This document shows, piece after piece, positions 51,234 through 63,720 of a stretch of 64,000 nt of DNA; position 1 is the stretch's first letter; each line of letters begins with the position of its first letter. The position numbers and the translations under genes are program-made. Source of the DNA: Mobula birostris. Its lineage: Eukaryota. The stretch is taken from NCBI RefSeq assembly GCF_030028105.1, contig NC_092380.1, positions 12,303,123-12,367,122 of the forward strand, written 5' to 3'. The notes beneath the pieces are model-generated. The model saw only the letters and a list, made by a program, of their open reading frames with translations, was not told where the DNA came from and did not search any database.

Positions 51234-51377
51234 CTGCAAAGCAGAAGGTGAACCATGAAACTCTGAAATGGAATGACACAGGTAAAGACTGAATGCAACG
51301 GCATCGTCCTGCTGTGAGGAACATGACTGAAAACAGAATGATTATCAGAATCAGGATTATTACTGCTGACATATATA

Positions 51378-51709
51378 TGGCTTTTGACGCCAGTTGGCAA
51401 CAGCACATGACGAATGTCGAGCTCTATTACAACCTACCGATGCTCTCCACTAAAATCGAGGCAACTAGCGGGGTACTGTCTACGCCACCCCGAGCTACCT
51501 GCCAGCCTAGTCATCATATGGGAGCCCAAGCACGAGAGGATGAACCCTGGGCGCCCTCCCAAGACTATGGTCAACACGCTCCTAGAAGACAGCGGTGCGG
51601 CTAATGTAGATGAACTGAACACACTGATGAGGGAGAGGGAGAAGTGGAGAGTCCGTCATCGTGCCTGACACCGGCCCCCTAGGCCTGAGTTGACGTAGTA
51701 GTAGTAGTA
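51378..51709 (+). mobile_element. RTE-X-type LINE 3' fragment
   Basis: SWQQHMTNVELY..LP, LAGYCLRHPELPASLVIIWEPKH...GRP, REKWR; (GTA)n tail. Confidence 0.75.
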
Positions 51710-51779
51710 TGTATAGAAATATGTTGTTTTGCGGCAAGAGTACACCTGAAGACATAAAAATTACTACAAGATTCAAGAT

Positions 51780-53960
51780 TGTTTCATATCATTCCGTCAC
51801 CCAGGGCGTGCCCTTTTCTCATTGTTACCATCAGGAAGTTTAGATACAGAAGCCTGAAGGCACACGCTCAGCAATTCAGGAACAGCTTCTTCCCCTGTGC
51901 CATCCAATTTCTGAATGGACATGGAACCCTTGGACACTATCTCATTTTAAAAAGAATGAACAAATGAATGAATAAATAAATAAATATATATTTCTGCTTT
52001 TGCACTATTTAAGTCTATTTAATATACATATATATTTACTGTACTCTATTTACTTTTTTTTTCAATATTATCATGTATTGCATATGCCACAAAATTAACA
52101 AATTTCATTTCACATGCCGGTGATAATAAACCTGATTCTGATTCATTTCCAGTACATAAGTGTAAAAGAGAACAAAATTAATTGTTGCTCTGATGCAGCA
52201 TATAAAAACACACTAAGATAAAGAAAATAACTTAAGAAAATATATGTTAGCTTATATTCATAGATTGATTATATGTACATAAAGGTTTGCTAGGAACAGG
52301 AGTGTCGGTACATTAGGGAACTCTGCTAAAGTATGGTGATGGGGATGTGGAGGGGTGGGTTAGTGGGTGAAGGTGTTGTCCAGCTTTACAGCATGGAGAA
52401 GGTAGCTGATTTTGAGTCTACTGGTCCTGGCTACGTCCTACGAGGATGCTACATAGCCTCCTCCCCGATGGGAGCGAGACAAACAGTCCATGAGCAAGGT
52501 GGGTGAGCTCCTTCATGATGTCACTGGCCTTTTTCCAGCAGCTCTCTGTGTGTATGTCCTTGATGGCAGATAGACTGATGCCAGTGTTGCGTTGGGCAGT
52601 TTGACTGCCCTTCCTATCTGCCACAGTGCAGTTTCTGCACCATGCAGTAACGCAGCTTGTTGTGAAGCGCTCTACTGTTCACCTTTAGAAGGTCATGAGT
52701 ATTGATGTGCACAGTCCAGCCAGCTTCCTCAGAAAGTACAGGAGTTGGTGAGCTAGGTTAATTGTGTGTGATTTGTTCTGGGACTATGAGAGCTTATGTG
52801 AGATGAGCACTCCCTGGAGTTTGAAACTGCTCAGTTTCCACTGCTGTGCCTCCAGTGTTCAAAGTAAACTTATTATCACAGTACATATATGTCACCATAT
52901 ACCACCCTGAGATGAGTTTTCTTGCGGGCATACTCAGTAAATTCAGGAAACGTAATAGAATCAATGAAAGACCACACAGCCAACAGGATGGACGATAACC
53001 AATGTGCAAAAAAGAAACAAACAAACAATAAATATCAACAAGTCCTTGAAAGTGAGTCCACTGGTTGTGGGAACAGTTCAGTGACGGGGTGAATGGAATT
53101 AAGTGACATTATTTCCCGTTACAAGAGCCTGATGGTTGAGGGGTAATAACTGTTTCTGAACCTGGTGGAGTGAGTCCTGAGGCTCTTGTACCTTCTTCCT
53201 GAATGGCCTGGGAAGTGGGGGGGGGGGGGTGTCCTCGACGAAGGATGTTGCTTTCTTGCAACAGCTCTCTATATAGATGTGCTCAATGGTGGGGAGGGTT
53301 TTACCCATGATATTCTGGGCTGTATTCACTACTTTTTGTAGGATTTTCCATTCAAGGGCATTGGTGTTTCAATACAAGGCTGCAATGCAAACAGTCAATA
53401 TACTCTCAAAGTATTAGGTGTCAAGTCGAATCTTTGCAAACCTCTAACGAAGTAGAGATGCTGCCATGCTTTCTTTGTAGTTGCACTTACATGCTGGGCC
53501 CAGGACATAAAGAGGGGTGTGAGTAGTGCATTCTCCTTAAATCGATAACCATCTCCTTTGTCTTGTTGACATTGAGGAAGAGGCTATTTGACTGCCACCA
53601 GGTGTCGAGCTCTTCCACCTTCTCTCAGTAGGTCGTCTCATCGTTGTTGGTGATGAGCCCCACCACCGTCGTGTCATTAGCGAACCTGACAATGTGATTA
53701 CTCGGCTGTTTGACCATGCAGTCAAGTATGAGCAGAGTGTACAGCAGTGGGCTCAGCACACAGCCCGGAGGGACACAGTAAAAGTAAGAACTATATAATA
53801 CGTAAAATAGTACAAATATAGCAAGGTAGTATCCATGGACCATTCAAAAATTTGATGGCGGAGGGAAAGAAGCTACTCCTTAAGCGTTAAGTGTGTCTCT
53901 TCAGGCTCTTGTACCTCCTCCCTGATGGCAGTGATGAGAGGAGGACATGTCCCAGATGAT
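51780..53960. mobile_element. Cluster of Rex/Babar LINE fragments on both strands in THAP7 intron 2
   Basis: LPSGRR, FRNSFFP.AI and PPGCVLSPLLYTLL..DC...IVRFANDTTVVGLI motifs; several distinct 3' tails. Confidence 0.75.
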
Positions 53961-54339
53961 GAGATAACTGAAAAACAAAAGGAACATTTGCAAGAAGCCA
54001 AGGATTCTGAAGGGCCAGGCTTGGAAGTCAGAGATCAAAAACCAAGTAGGAGAGGCCAGTCATAAACTGTCCTCACATAGTCAGTGGAGAGAATTGGGAA
54101 TGAAGGAGAAAATAGAACTGATTCCGGTACAGATGGGAAGAGACAGGAGGAGCCAAAGATAGGCTAGGCAGAACATCAGGCCAGCGTAGCTAAAGCGGGC
54201 TTCCTCTTTATCTGTGTAAGGAACAGAGTGCACCAGCAGATCTGATAGTACCATCGAGGACAAGAGGCAGATGGTGGAAACTAACACTGTACTGAAAGCG
54301 TCAGGAGGATCTTCAAGACAGCTCTGAAGATGCTTCACT

Positions 54340-57270
54340 CGGTAGGGTTGATTCTGGCCAGCAGGGGATCCCCGACTGTCATCAAGCTACTGCTCATAAA
54401 ATTCAGGTAACACAAAAGAAAATTATTGCCACTTGGAGTGTAAGAACCCTATATCAAGCAGGAGGATTGGACAATGTGATAAATGAAATGGAAAGACTGA
54501 AGATTAACATCATGGGAATTAGCGAAGTTCGTTGGATAGGGGCTGGAACATTTCAGATTAGAAATAAAACACCAGTTTATTCTTGTGGAACATCCCATAC
54601 TAATGGAGTAGGAGTTCTTATGGATGAAAACATGGCAAAAAGTGTTTTAGGACATTGGGCAATATCAGAAAGAGTGCTCCTTGTTAGATTCAGAGGACAA
54701 CCATTTGATTTAGCAATTATACAGGTCTCTGCACCAACAACAGATGGAACAAATGAGAATATAGATAAATTCCATGAAGAGCTTGAACAAGCAAAGAATG
54801 GATGCAAATCTCAAGATATTGTTATTGTCATGGGAGATCTAAATGCTAAAGTAGGACAAGGTGCTGATGGAAATACCATAGGAAAATTTGGACTGGGGAA
54901 AGCAATGAAAGAGGCAAGAAGTGGGTAGAATAGCACAAAATGAATAATCAGGTCATTATGAATACCTACTTTAAAAACCATCCAAGACACTTGTGGACCT
55001 GGAAAAGTCCAGGTGATAACACTAGAAATCAAATTGACTTTATTACTATCAACCAAAGATTTAGAAACTCAGTGACTCAATGCAAAACATATCCAGGTGC
55101 AGACTGTAATAGTGACCATAACCCAGCAGTATGTCATGTAAAAGTAAAACTTTAAAAACTGCAAAAACCTGAACAATCCCTTGACTACTTGCAATTAATT
55201 AAAGAAGCAAGCTTGAGACAAAAATTTACAATTGAAGTAAGGAATAAATTTCAAAGTCTAGAAATAGAATCTGTTGAAGATGATAGCAACCATGTAGAAA
55301 TTAAATTTAACTCTCTAAAGGATGCCTTGGTAGAATCAGCAAAGTCAGTGATTCCTAAAAAAGAAAAAAGCACAAAGAATAAATGGATGACAGATGAAAT
55401 CAAAAATCTAATGGAAGAAGGGAGACGGAAGAAGGCAAATCCTATAGAATGTAAGTCCTTAGATAAAAAAGTTAAAAGCCTATGTCAAAAAGCCAAAGAA
55501 GAATGGTTAAACCAGGAATGTGAGCAAATAGAGATAGAACCTATTACTGATCCAAAAAGGTTACATCAACAAATCAAGAATATCACTGGTAAAAAGCTCC
55601 TCTGTTCTTCAGGTGGATATTTAAAAGCAAAGGACTGTTCCATTATCATGAAAAAAGATGTGATTATGAACAGATGGACAGAGTATATTCAGGAATTGTT
55701 TGAAGATGATCGAGGCAAAAAACCAGAAATTAAGAAAAACATTGAAGGTCCAAATATTTTCAAATCTGAAGTTCATAATGCAATAAATAAGATGAAGAAA
55801 GGAAAGGCAGCAGGTCCTATGAATTAGTAATAGAACAAATTTTCGCCCTTGAAGATTATGGAATTGAAAAACTTACTGATTTAATCAATGAAATTTATGA
55901 GACTGGAATAATACCAGAAGAGATGAAAAAAAATCAGTATTTATCACTCTTCCTAAGAAAGCTGGAGAAGTAGAATGTGAATTACATAGGACCATAAGTT
56001 TAATGAATCATATCACCAAGATACTTCTAAGAATTTTGATGACAGGAGCTAAAAGTAAGATACAAGCTGAAACAGGCAAAGAACAATGTGGTTTTGTGAA
56101 AGACAAAGGTACAAGAAATGCAATATTGATGTTAAGGATACTATCAGAATGAGTTATTCAAGTGCAAAAAGATTTGTTTGTTTGTTGTATCGATTACACA
56201 AAAGCATTTGATAAAGTGAAGCACAATAAGTTATTTGAAATATTACAGGAAACTCCAGATCTAGATTCGAAAGACCTCCGCCTAATCAGAAATCCGTACT
56301 GGGAACAAACTGCCACTGTAAAAACAGATGGAGAAGTGAGTCAGTTTACGAAAATCAAGAGAGGTGTTAGACAAGGGTGTGTTTTCTCTCCTGATTTATT
56401 TAATGTGTACAGTGAGACAATATTACAAAAAAAAGACATATTGGGAATCAAAGTTGGCGGTGAAAACATCAATAACTTCAGATATGCAGATGAAAATGTG
56501 TTAATTGCAAGTACGGAGGAAGAACTACAGAACTTAATTGATATAATTGTTGAAGAAACTGCAAAAATGGGTCTATCTATCAATTGCAAAAAGACAGAAT
56601 GCACAGTGATATTCAAAAAGGAGAATCCTATCTGCAGGCTGAGAATAAACAGGGAAGACATAAAACAAGTACAGAACTTTTGCTACTTAGGAAACTGGGT
56701 GACATCAGATGGCAGGTGTGACATGGACATCAAAAGAAGAATAGGGATGGCAAAAGACACCTTTACGAGAATGAAGAGTATACTGACCAATACTAAACTA
56801 GGCATGACAACCCGCCTCAGATTACTGAAATGTTATGTTTATCCAGTTATGTTATATGGCTCAGAATGTTGGACAATATTTGTAACATCAGGGAACGAAT
56901 TGTAGCAGCAGAGATGTGGTTTTTGAGGAGCACGCAAAGAATATCATGGACAAAACAAATATCTAATGAGGATGTCATGAACAGAGCAAACACAAAAAGA
57001 GAAATAATGTATGAGATCATGAAAAGGCAACGCAACTCCATTGGACATATAATTAGGAAAGAGGAGTTAGAATGCACGGCAATTATGGGAAAGATTGAAG
57101 GGAAGAAAGCAAGAGGAAGGCAAAGACAAATGATGATGGAGACAGCAGCCAGAGAACTGGAAATGAATACAAATGAATTGATCCACTTGACCCGAAACAG
57201 GAGTGTGTGGGCCATGGCAGTCAAAGCTCAAACTGGGCACGGCACATGATGATGATGATGATGATGATGA
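54340..57270 (+). mobile_element. Near-full-length RTE (BovB-like) LINE, disrupted, antisense in THAP7 intron 2
   Basis: APE motifs ATWSVRTL, GISEVRW, MGDLNAKVG, NQIDFI, SDH; RT motifs DYTKAFD, GVRQGCVFSP, RYADE; C-terminal GKKARGR; (GAT)n tail at 57247-57270. Confidence 0.93.
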
Positions 57271-57404
57271 CTGAAAGCTTATAATTACCAACAAAATTCG
57301 AAAACTGGGCCAAAGTCTTGCAAGAGTGGAGCAAGGTGGAATGAAGTGCTCTTCCTTATAAAGTGGGCAAAACATACTACAGAAAAGGACAAAAAAAAAA
57401 TGGA

Positions 57405-57845
57405 GCCACACACACAGAACGCTGGAGGAACTCAGCAGGTTAGGCAGCGTCTATGGAAAAGAGTAAACAGTCGACATTTCGGGCCAAGACACTCAATCAA
57501 GACTGGACAGGAGTAGGGTAAGAAGGTGGGGGGAGGGGAGGAGGAAATGGGAGTGGGGAGGGAGTGAAGTAAAGAGCTGGGAAGTCGATTGGTGAAAGAC
57601 ATAAAAGGTTGGAAGAGAGGGAATCTGATAGGAGAGGGTAAAACACCATGGAAGAAGGGGAAGGGGGAGGAGCACCAGGGGAAGGTGATGGGCAGGTAAG
57701 GAGATAAGGTGAGAGAGGGAAATGGGAATGGGGAAATGGTGAGGGCGGGGGGGCAGTAATTACTGGAAGTTTGAGAAATCAATGTTCATGCCATCAGGTT
57801 GGAAGCTACCCAGGCAGAACATAAGGCGCTGCTCCTCCGAATTGA
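57405..57845 (-). mobile_element. Penelope-like 3' fragment
   Basis: Same terminus and EEQ..MFCLGSFQPDGMNID end as the other copies. Confidence 0.85.
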
Positions 57846-58944
57846 GGAGCAAAAAAAAAAATCAATGTCAGAAAAACTCAATGTGTCAGTCTGCATCCAC
57901 AGAGACAAACCGTGTCGAGACCCTGCACTGGGACTGAGGGAAAAGGAAAGACTGCAGGTATACAGCATGACGGGTGGGGATGGGATGGAGGCTGGGCGGT
58001 GATAGGTGGAATCAGATGGGGAAGGGCTGAAGGACAGGTGGACCCATGTGGGTCGGGGGGGGGAGCAGGGAGGGGAGGCTGGACATTTAGACAAAGCTGG
58101 TAGGTGCAACCTGAAGGGGAGGTGAGGACGGGATGATGGAAAGGTGAGTGTGTGTGGAGGTACAGTGAGGGTGGGAGAACCTCAAACTGGAATATTTAAT
58201 GTTCATACCAATGGGTTATAAGCTAGCAAAGTGGAATACGAGATGTTCTTCTGCTCTTTGTTTAGCTTCTCTACAGTAATGGTGAAGGCAGAGCTGTGGG
58301 AATGGGAAGGAGTGTTTAAAGTGACCTGTGACTGGAGACTGCTGTCTCAAACCTGCACACACTATCATTTTTTAAAACAAATTTCAGTAAGCCTACGCAC
58401 CCACTGATCTTCTCCTACCCACATTCATCTGGTTTTCTTCTCCTTTTGTTCACGTTTCCCACCCCTCACTACCTTTTTAACGCCGACGCACCAGCCTCCC
58501 TCTCATTACGACACAGAGTCTCGCCCTAAACATCCACTGACACCTTTTGACTTGACAGATGCTGCCTGACCCGCTGAGTTCTTCCCGTGGTCTGTTTTCT
58601 TTCCAGATTGTAGCACCGGCAGTTTCTTTTACTACGCACATGCATGTGACTGAAATGTTACTGTCATTTGCTATGCGCTCAATGATTACAAATCATTGGC
58701 TGTGGGAAATTGCAAAGACAAGCAGATGTAAACATTATGGCCAATAAAGTACCAGGGCAGGGGTGGGTTTGAACCCATATCCTGTACTTTTAGCTAGTGC
58801 TGCACCAGCGTTTTTAAAACACTTTCAGCTATCAGCACAGCTGCCCAGCAGAGTGGCATTGGAGTGAGCACACCAGGAGCAGTGCATTGCAGTGTCCAAG
58901 CTGGGGTCGGTGCTGCCCCAGTGTTAGCTCAGCAGAAGACCAGC

Positions 58945-60900
58945 CATGCAAAAAGACACAAGATGCTGGGGGAGCTCAGCAGGCCAGGCAGCATCTATGA
59001 AAAAGAGTAAACAGTCGACGTTTCAGGCCGAGATCCTTCATCTGGACTGGTAAAAAAGATGAGGAGTCAGAGTAAGAAATTGGGGGAAGGGGAGGATGAA
59101 ACCAGGAGGGGCGAAGCGAAGAGCTGGGATGTTGATTGGTGAAAGAGATACAGGGCTGGAGAAGGGGGAAAATCTGATAGGAGAGGACAGAAGGCCATGG
59201 AAAAAAGAAAAGGGGAGGAGCACCACAGGGAGGTGATGGGCAGGGAAGGAGATAACATGAAAGGGGGAGGGGAATGGGAAATGGTGAAGGGTGGAGTTTG
59301 AGAAAATGATGTTCATGCCATCAAGTTATAGGCTACCCAGATGGAATACAAGATGTTGATCCTCCAACCTGAGCATGGCCTCATCGTGGCAGCAGAGGAG
59401 GCCACAGACTGACATATCGCAATGGGAAAGGGAAGTAGAATTAAAAATGTGTGGAGATCCAGGAGATCCGGCTTTTTCTGGTGGACAGCGTAGGTGCTTG
59501 GCGAAGCGGTCTCTCTACCTGCGTTGGCTCTTCCCAATATACAGGAGGCCACACCGGCAGCACTGAACGCAGCAGATGACCCCAACAGACTCACAGGTGA
59601 AGTGTCACCTCACCCAGTAGGACTGTTTGGGGCACTGAATGGTGGTGAGGGAGGAGGTGTAGGGGCAGATGTAGCACTTGTTCCGCTTGCAAGGAAAGGA
59701 GCCAGGAGGGAGATCAGTGGGGAGGGATGAATGGACAAGGAAGTCACGTTGGGAGTGGGGGGAGGGAGAGAAAGATGTGCTGGGTAGTGGGGTCCCGCTG
59801 GAGATGGCAGAAGTTATGGAAAATTATGTGCTGGATGCAGAGGCAGGGGGGATGGCGGGGAGGATGAGGTGAGGGCAGATGTGTGCGAAATGGAAGAGAT
59901 GCGGTTGAGGGCAGTGTTGATGGTGAGGAAGGGAAGCTAATTTCTTTGAAGGAGGAGGACATCTCCTTAGTTTGGGAATTAAAAATCTCATCCTGAGAGC
60001 AGATGCGGCAGAGATGGAGGAATTGAGAGAAGGGGATGGCATTTTTACAAGTAACAGGGAGGGAAGAGGTATAGTCCAGGTAGCTGTGAGAGGCTGTGGG
60101 TTTATAATAGACATCAGCAGATAAGTGTCTCCACAGATAGAGACAGAGAGATCGAGAAAGGGGAGGGAAGGGTCAAAATGGACCAGGTAAATTTGAGGGC
60201 AGGGTGGAAGTTGGAGGCAATGTTGATAAAGTCAACGAGCTCTGCATGGGTGCAGGAAACAGCCCCAATGTAGTTGCCAGTGTGGTGTAGGAAAAGTTGG
60301 GAAGCGATACCAGCATAGGCTCAGAACATAGATTGTTCCACATAGCCCACAAACAGGCAGGAATAGCTGGGACCCATGTGAGTGCCCATATTTGAAGGAA
60401 CATGTTTGTCCTTTTGTTTGAAGGAAGTAAGAGGATCCAAAGGAGAGATTATTTAGAATGAGGACAAGTTCCATTAGGCAGAGGAGAGTAGTGATGAAGG
60501 GGAACTGGTTGCGTCTGGTGTCCAGAAAGAAATGGAGAGCTTTAAGCCTTCCTGGTGGGGGACGGTGAAAATAAGACGATCGGGGCCAGGGAACTTGAAA
60601 CCACTGAAAAGGAAGAGTCTGAACTGGAGGGATAGTCGAGGTGTGCAGATGTAAGTTCAGTGGGGCAGGAACAAACAGAAACAATGGGTCTACCTGGACA
60701 GGCAGGTTTGTGGATCTTGGGTAGGAGAGAGAAACCCCGGAGGTGTGGCGTGAGGGAACTATGAGGTTGGTGGCAGTGGACGGGAGATCCCCACAGTTAA
60801 TAAAGTCAGTGATGGTGTGGGAGACAATGGCCTGCTGCTTCTTAGTGGGGTCCTGTTTGAGGGGTAAGAAAGAGAAGGTGTCTGACAGTTGTCACTGGGC
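58945..60900 (-). mobile_element. Longest Penelope-like copy (degraded RT, GIY-YIG, terminus)
   Basis: RT remnants LMELVLILNNLSF...FLQTKG, MGPSYSCLFVGYVEQ and YKPT.SHSYLDY; GIY-YIG remnant; hammerhead variant at 59011-59050. Confidence 0.9.
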
Positions 60901-61109
60901 TTCAGAAGATGGAAGAGTGGAGACAAGCTGTAGTGTGTTCAACTGCTGACTGCTGCAACATTCATGAACTCTGGGTCTTGGAATTTTTTTTTCTGCGTGA
61001 CTGTATTTTACTGATATCTTGTATGTGCTTTGTGCTGTGTGTGGCTGTTGGAATTGTGTTTTGCACCTTGGCCCCAGAGTAACACTGTTTTGTTTGGCTG
61101 TATTCACGA

Positions 61110-61897
61110 ATACGAGAAGTTCAGCGGGGCGGAGCGAAGGATGACGGTGGCTAACGACAACTCCTTTGCTTGCATTAGCTCGATTTCTATCTTTAATATC
61201 TCTTTTTTTTCTTTTCAGGGTTCTTTTGAAGACCTTGACCTGCAGTCACATGCTGATTTAGGTTCTTTGCGGAAATGGGACCCACTCTCAGGGCCTCACG
61301 ACCGGCTGCTTTTCGATATGCCAAGGATGCGGCCTGGAAGACCAGCATGCTTTCAAGGGTGCTGGATTTTCATGGCTCTGGAGGCAGACAGATTTCAGGC
61401 CAGTGCCACCGCCTGGTGTGTTGTGGGAGTACAGAGAAGACTGAAAGCAGCGAACTGGCTGCTGGCTGTGTGCCCAGGGACCCGAGTTCTTTGGGCACAG
61501 AGCTCAGAAAAGGTGACGCAACAGACTTTTAACATCGTAAGTAAGGGAGTTGCTTGTTATGTCTCCCCTCTCGCTGTGAAACGGGGATACCTCTTTTTCC
61601 CTTATTAGGGAGAGAGCGAGCCAGTGGTATGTCGAATTACCAGGTGAACGAGTAGTCTTTGGGGTACTGCGTCTGTGTCTTTATTGATGCTTTGCTACAC
61701 ACTTGAATGCTCAGTGGGGGGCGCCAATGCCTTGCTGCTGCTAATGCGTGGGAGGGGGGAGCTGGGGGAGGCTTTAGGGTTCTAACATTGAACTGTCATT
61801 CTTTGGGGCACTCCTGTTTTCGTGGATGTTTGCAAAGAAAAAGAATTTCAGGATGTATATTATAAACATTTCTCTGACATTAAATGTACCTATTGAA
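61110..61897 (+). mobile_element. Non-autonomous retroelement nested in a shorter one
   Basis: Ends CTCTGACATTAAATGTACCTATTGAA; flanked by TATTCACG / TATTCATG; host element spans about 60905-61930. Confidence 0.5.
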
Positions 61898-62044
61898 TAT
61901 TCATGTATGGTTGAATGATTGGCATTGAAGGCAAATGAGGGTCGGGCACCTGAGCCCCTGTGGGGGGGGCGGTTGGGGGGAGAAGGGGGAATAGTCTACA
62001 GAGGACAAATAGATGTTCAATATTTAGTTCCATTTGCACATTAC

Positions 62045-62200
62045 CTCAGTCCCACAAGTTCAAAGCATTGTCTTTCAAAGTGTTTTGAACAGAAATAGAC
62101 AAACTGTGAGGATGGTTTCCAGGGAAATGTCCCATCCGGGTTCTTACGACAGCAGTTCAATAACCAGATCTCACGCTGACTTTTTCCCTTCTTTGGCAAC
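62045..62200 (-). CDS. THAP7: THAP7 coding exon 2 (LPKKGKSQREIWLLNCCRKNPDGTFPWKPSSQFVYFCSKHFERQCFELVGL)
   Basis: tatgcag acceptor and AG|gtaa donor; 156 nt, phase 2-2. Conserved P, W and YFCSKHF complete the THAP zinc finger. Confidence 0.95.
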
Positions 62201-62329
62201 CTGCATAGATCAGAACAATTCAAAATCAAGATATGGCAATAGTGTCACAGGTTACAGGTTGCAGGTATGCTAGGGATGGTGGGGAGGAGAAGATCAGAAG
62301 GCAAGGTGTGTAGGAAGAGCTGTACTGAC

Positions 62330-62409
62330 CTGTGAAAGGTGATGCCATTAATTCTTGAATCCTTTGTGTCCCTGGATCGGCAGCCCTCAGCAGAGCAGTG
62401 ACGCGGCAT
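62330..62409 (-). CDS. THAP7: THAP domain-containing protein 7, coding exon 1 ([27 protein letters not shown])
   Basis: ATG at 62409; upstream acceptor tctgtctcag; donor AG|gtcagt; 80 nt. Closely resembles the THAP7 N-terminus MPRHCSAAGC..RDT.....GISFHR and holds the first two Cys of the C2CH motif. Confidence 0.93.
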
Positions 62410-62929
62410 GACAGGCAGGCTGGGGGCACCCTGAGACAGATCAAGCAAGGTTTCAGTAACATTTCCATCCACATTCCTCCCAGTTCTAAACACTGGACGT
62501 TAAAGAGGACAAAGAAACAAGGGAGGGAACTGTGATAAGAGGGAGCACCCAAGGAAGGGAAACAATGACAGTGGGCAAGGTGGGAGAGAGGTGGCTGAAG
62601 AGGATGGGGCAAGGAGAGGGAGGGAAGAGGGCGTCTGGAAGGTGGGGGAGGGGTGACCAAATGATCAAAAGGAGAGGGGAAGAGCTGGACAGCTGGGTGG
62701 TAACAGTGGGGCAGCTCTTGGGGGGCTGGCAGGGAGAGAAAGGGTTTGGATGGGGAGCAAGGAGAAAGGTTGTGGAAGGAGGGTGGCAGGGTGATTGAGG
62801 GTGTGTTGGGGAGGGGTTGGCAGGACGATTTCGTCTTCCCGTGCCCCCTACCCTTCTGTGACTTTTGGTCCTTCTCCTCCTACCCACCCCCGTCTTCCAA
62901 ACCCCTTCTCCATTCTCCCGTGCCTCCTG

Positions 62930-63720
62930 GACCCTCACGCAGCTCCCCCTGCCTACACTCCCCACGTCCTAGCACCACTGTCACCCTCTGCAGATCCTAC
63001 CCGCAAATCCCTGCCCTGCCCTGCCCTGCCCTGCCCTTCTCATCCCCTCCCTCCCTGCGCGCTTTCTGCCTCACTCAGTCCAGTCCGACCTCACAAAAAT
63101 GGCGGCCACGTTCGATCAGAATGACGTCACCGACAAATGACGTGCCCTCTACCTCGACCCCAGCGCGCACCTCCGACCAGCTGGCGGCATGTGCCGCTGA
63201 GTTGAGAGAGGGGCGCATGCGCGATTTGCGGAGACGGCGGTTGACTTGAACTCACGCAGCACGTTGCGTGATTGCATCATCACATCCCTGCCCCCGTTGG
63301 GCTGAGAGGTTGTCGATCCCGGACGACAAGAGGTGAGCGGCACTAGCGGAGCCCGGCCAGCGGTGCGACACTCTTCGTGTGAGGGGTGGAGGGCCGCCTG
63401 CGTCGGCGTAGCGGGGGTGTTCCTGTGGGAGGTCGCCAGCGGGAGAAAGCCGAGTTCGTTGCTTTGCAGTTCAGGGGTCAATGGTGCTGCTGGGCAGCGA
63501 GAATGGGCCGAGCTCGGATAGGTCAGCGGCAGGCACGTGATGCCGAGGCGCCTTCCCCATAGTCTGCTGTAAGATTTAAAGGACCAGGACCCGCACCGGA
63601 CATCTGGCTGGCGATGTGAGATGGCCCGCAGTCTCTGCCCCTGGTGCGGCCGCCATAAATAACCCGTGGTCCCAGCGCAGCCTTGTCAGACGGGCAGGTG
63701 CGGCCTCATCAGAAACGCCA
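62930..63720. promoter_or_regulatory. CpG-island promoter of THAP7, possibly bidirectional
   Basis: GC- and CpG-rich. YY1-type CAAAAATGGCGGC near 63094, full CRE TGACGTCA at 63122-63129, NRF1 palindrome GCGCATGCGC at 63213-63222. A minus-strand donor-like gtgagg near 63070-63094 suggests a non-coding first exon. Confidence 0.8.

Noticed and set aside
63481-63521. SRP14 first exon (MVLLGSEN resembles MVLLESEQ)
   Set aside because: The similarity is too short, and the following residues and donor position do not fit.
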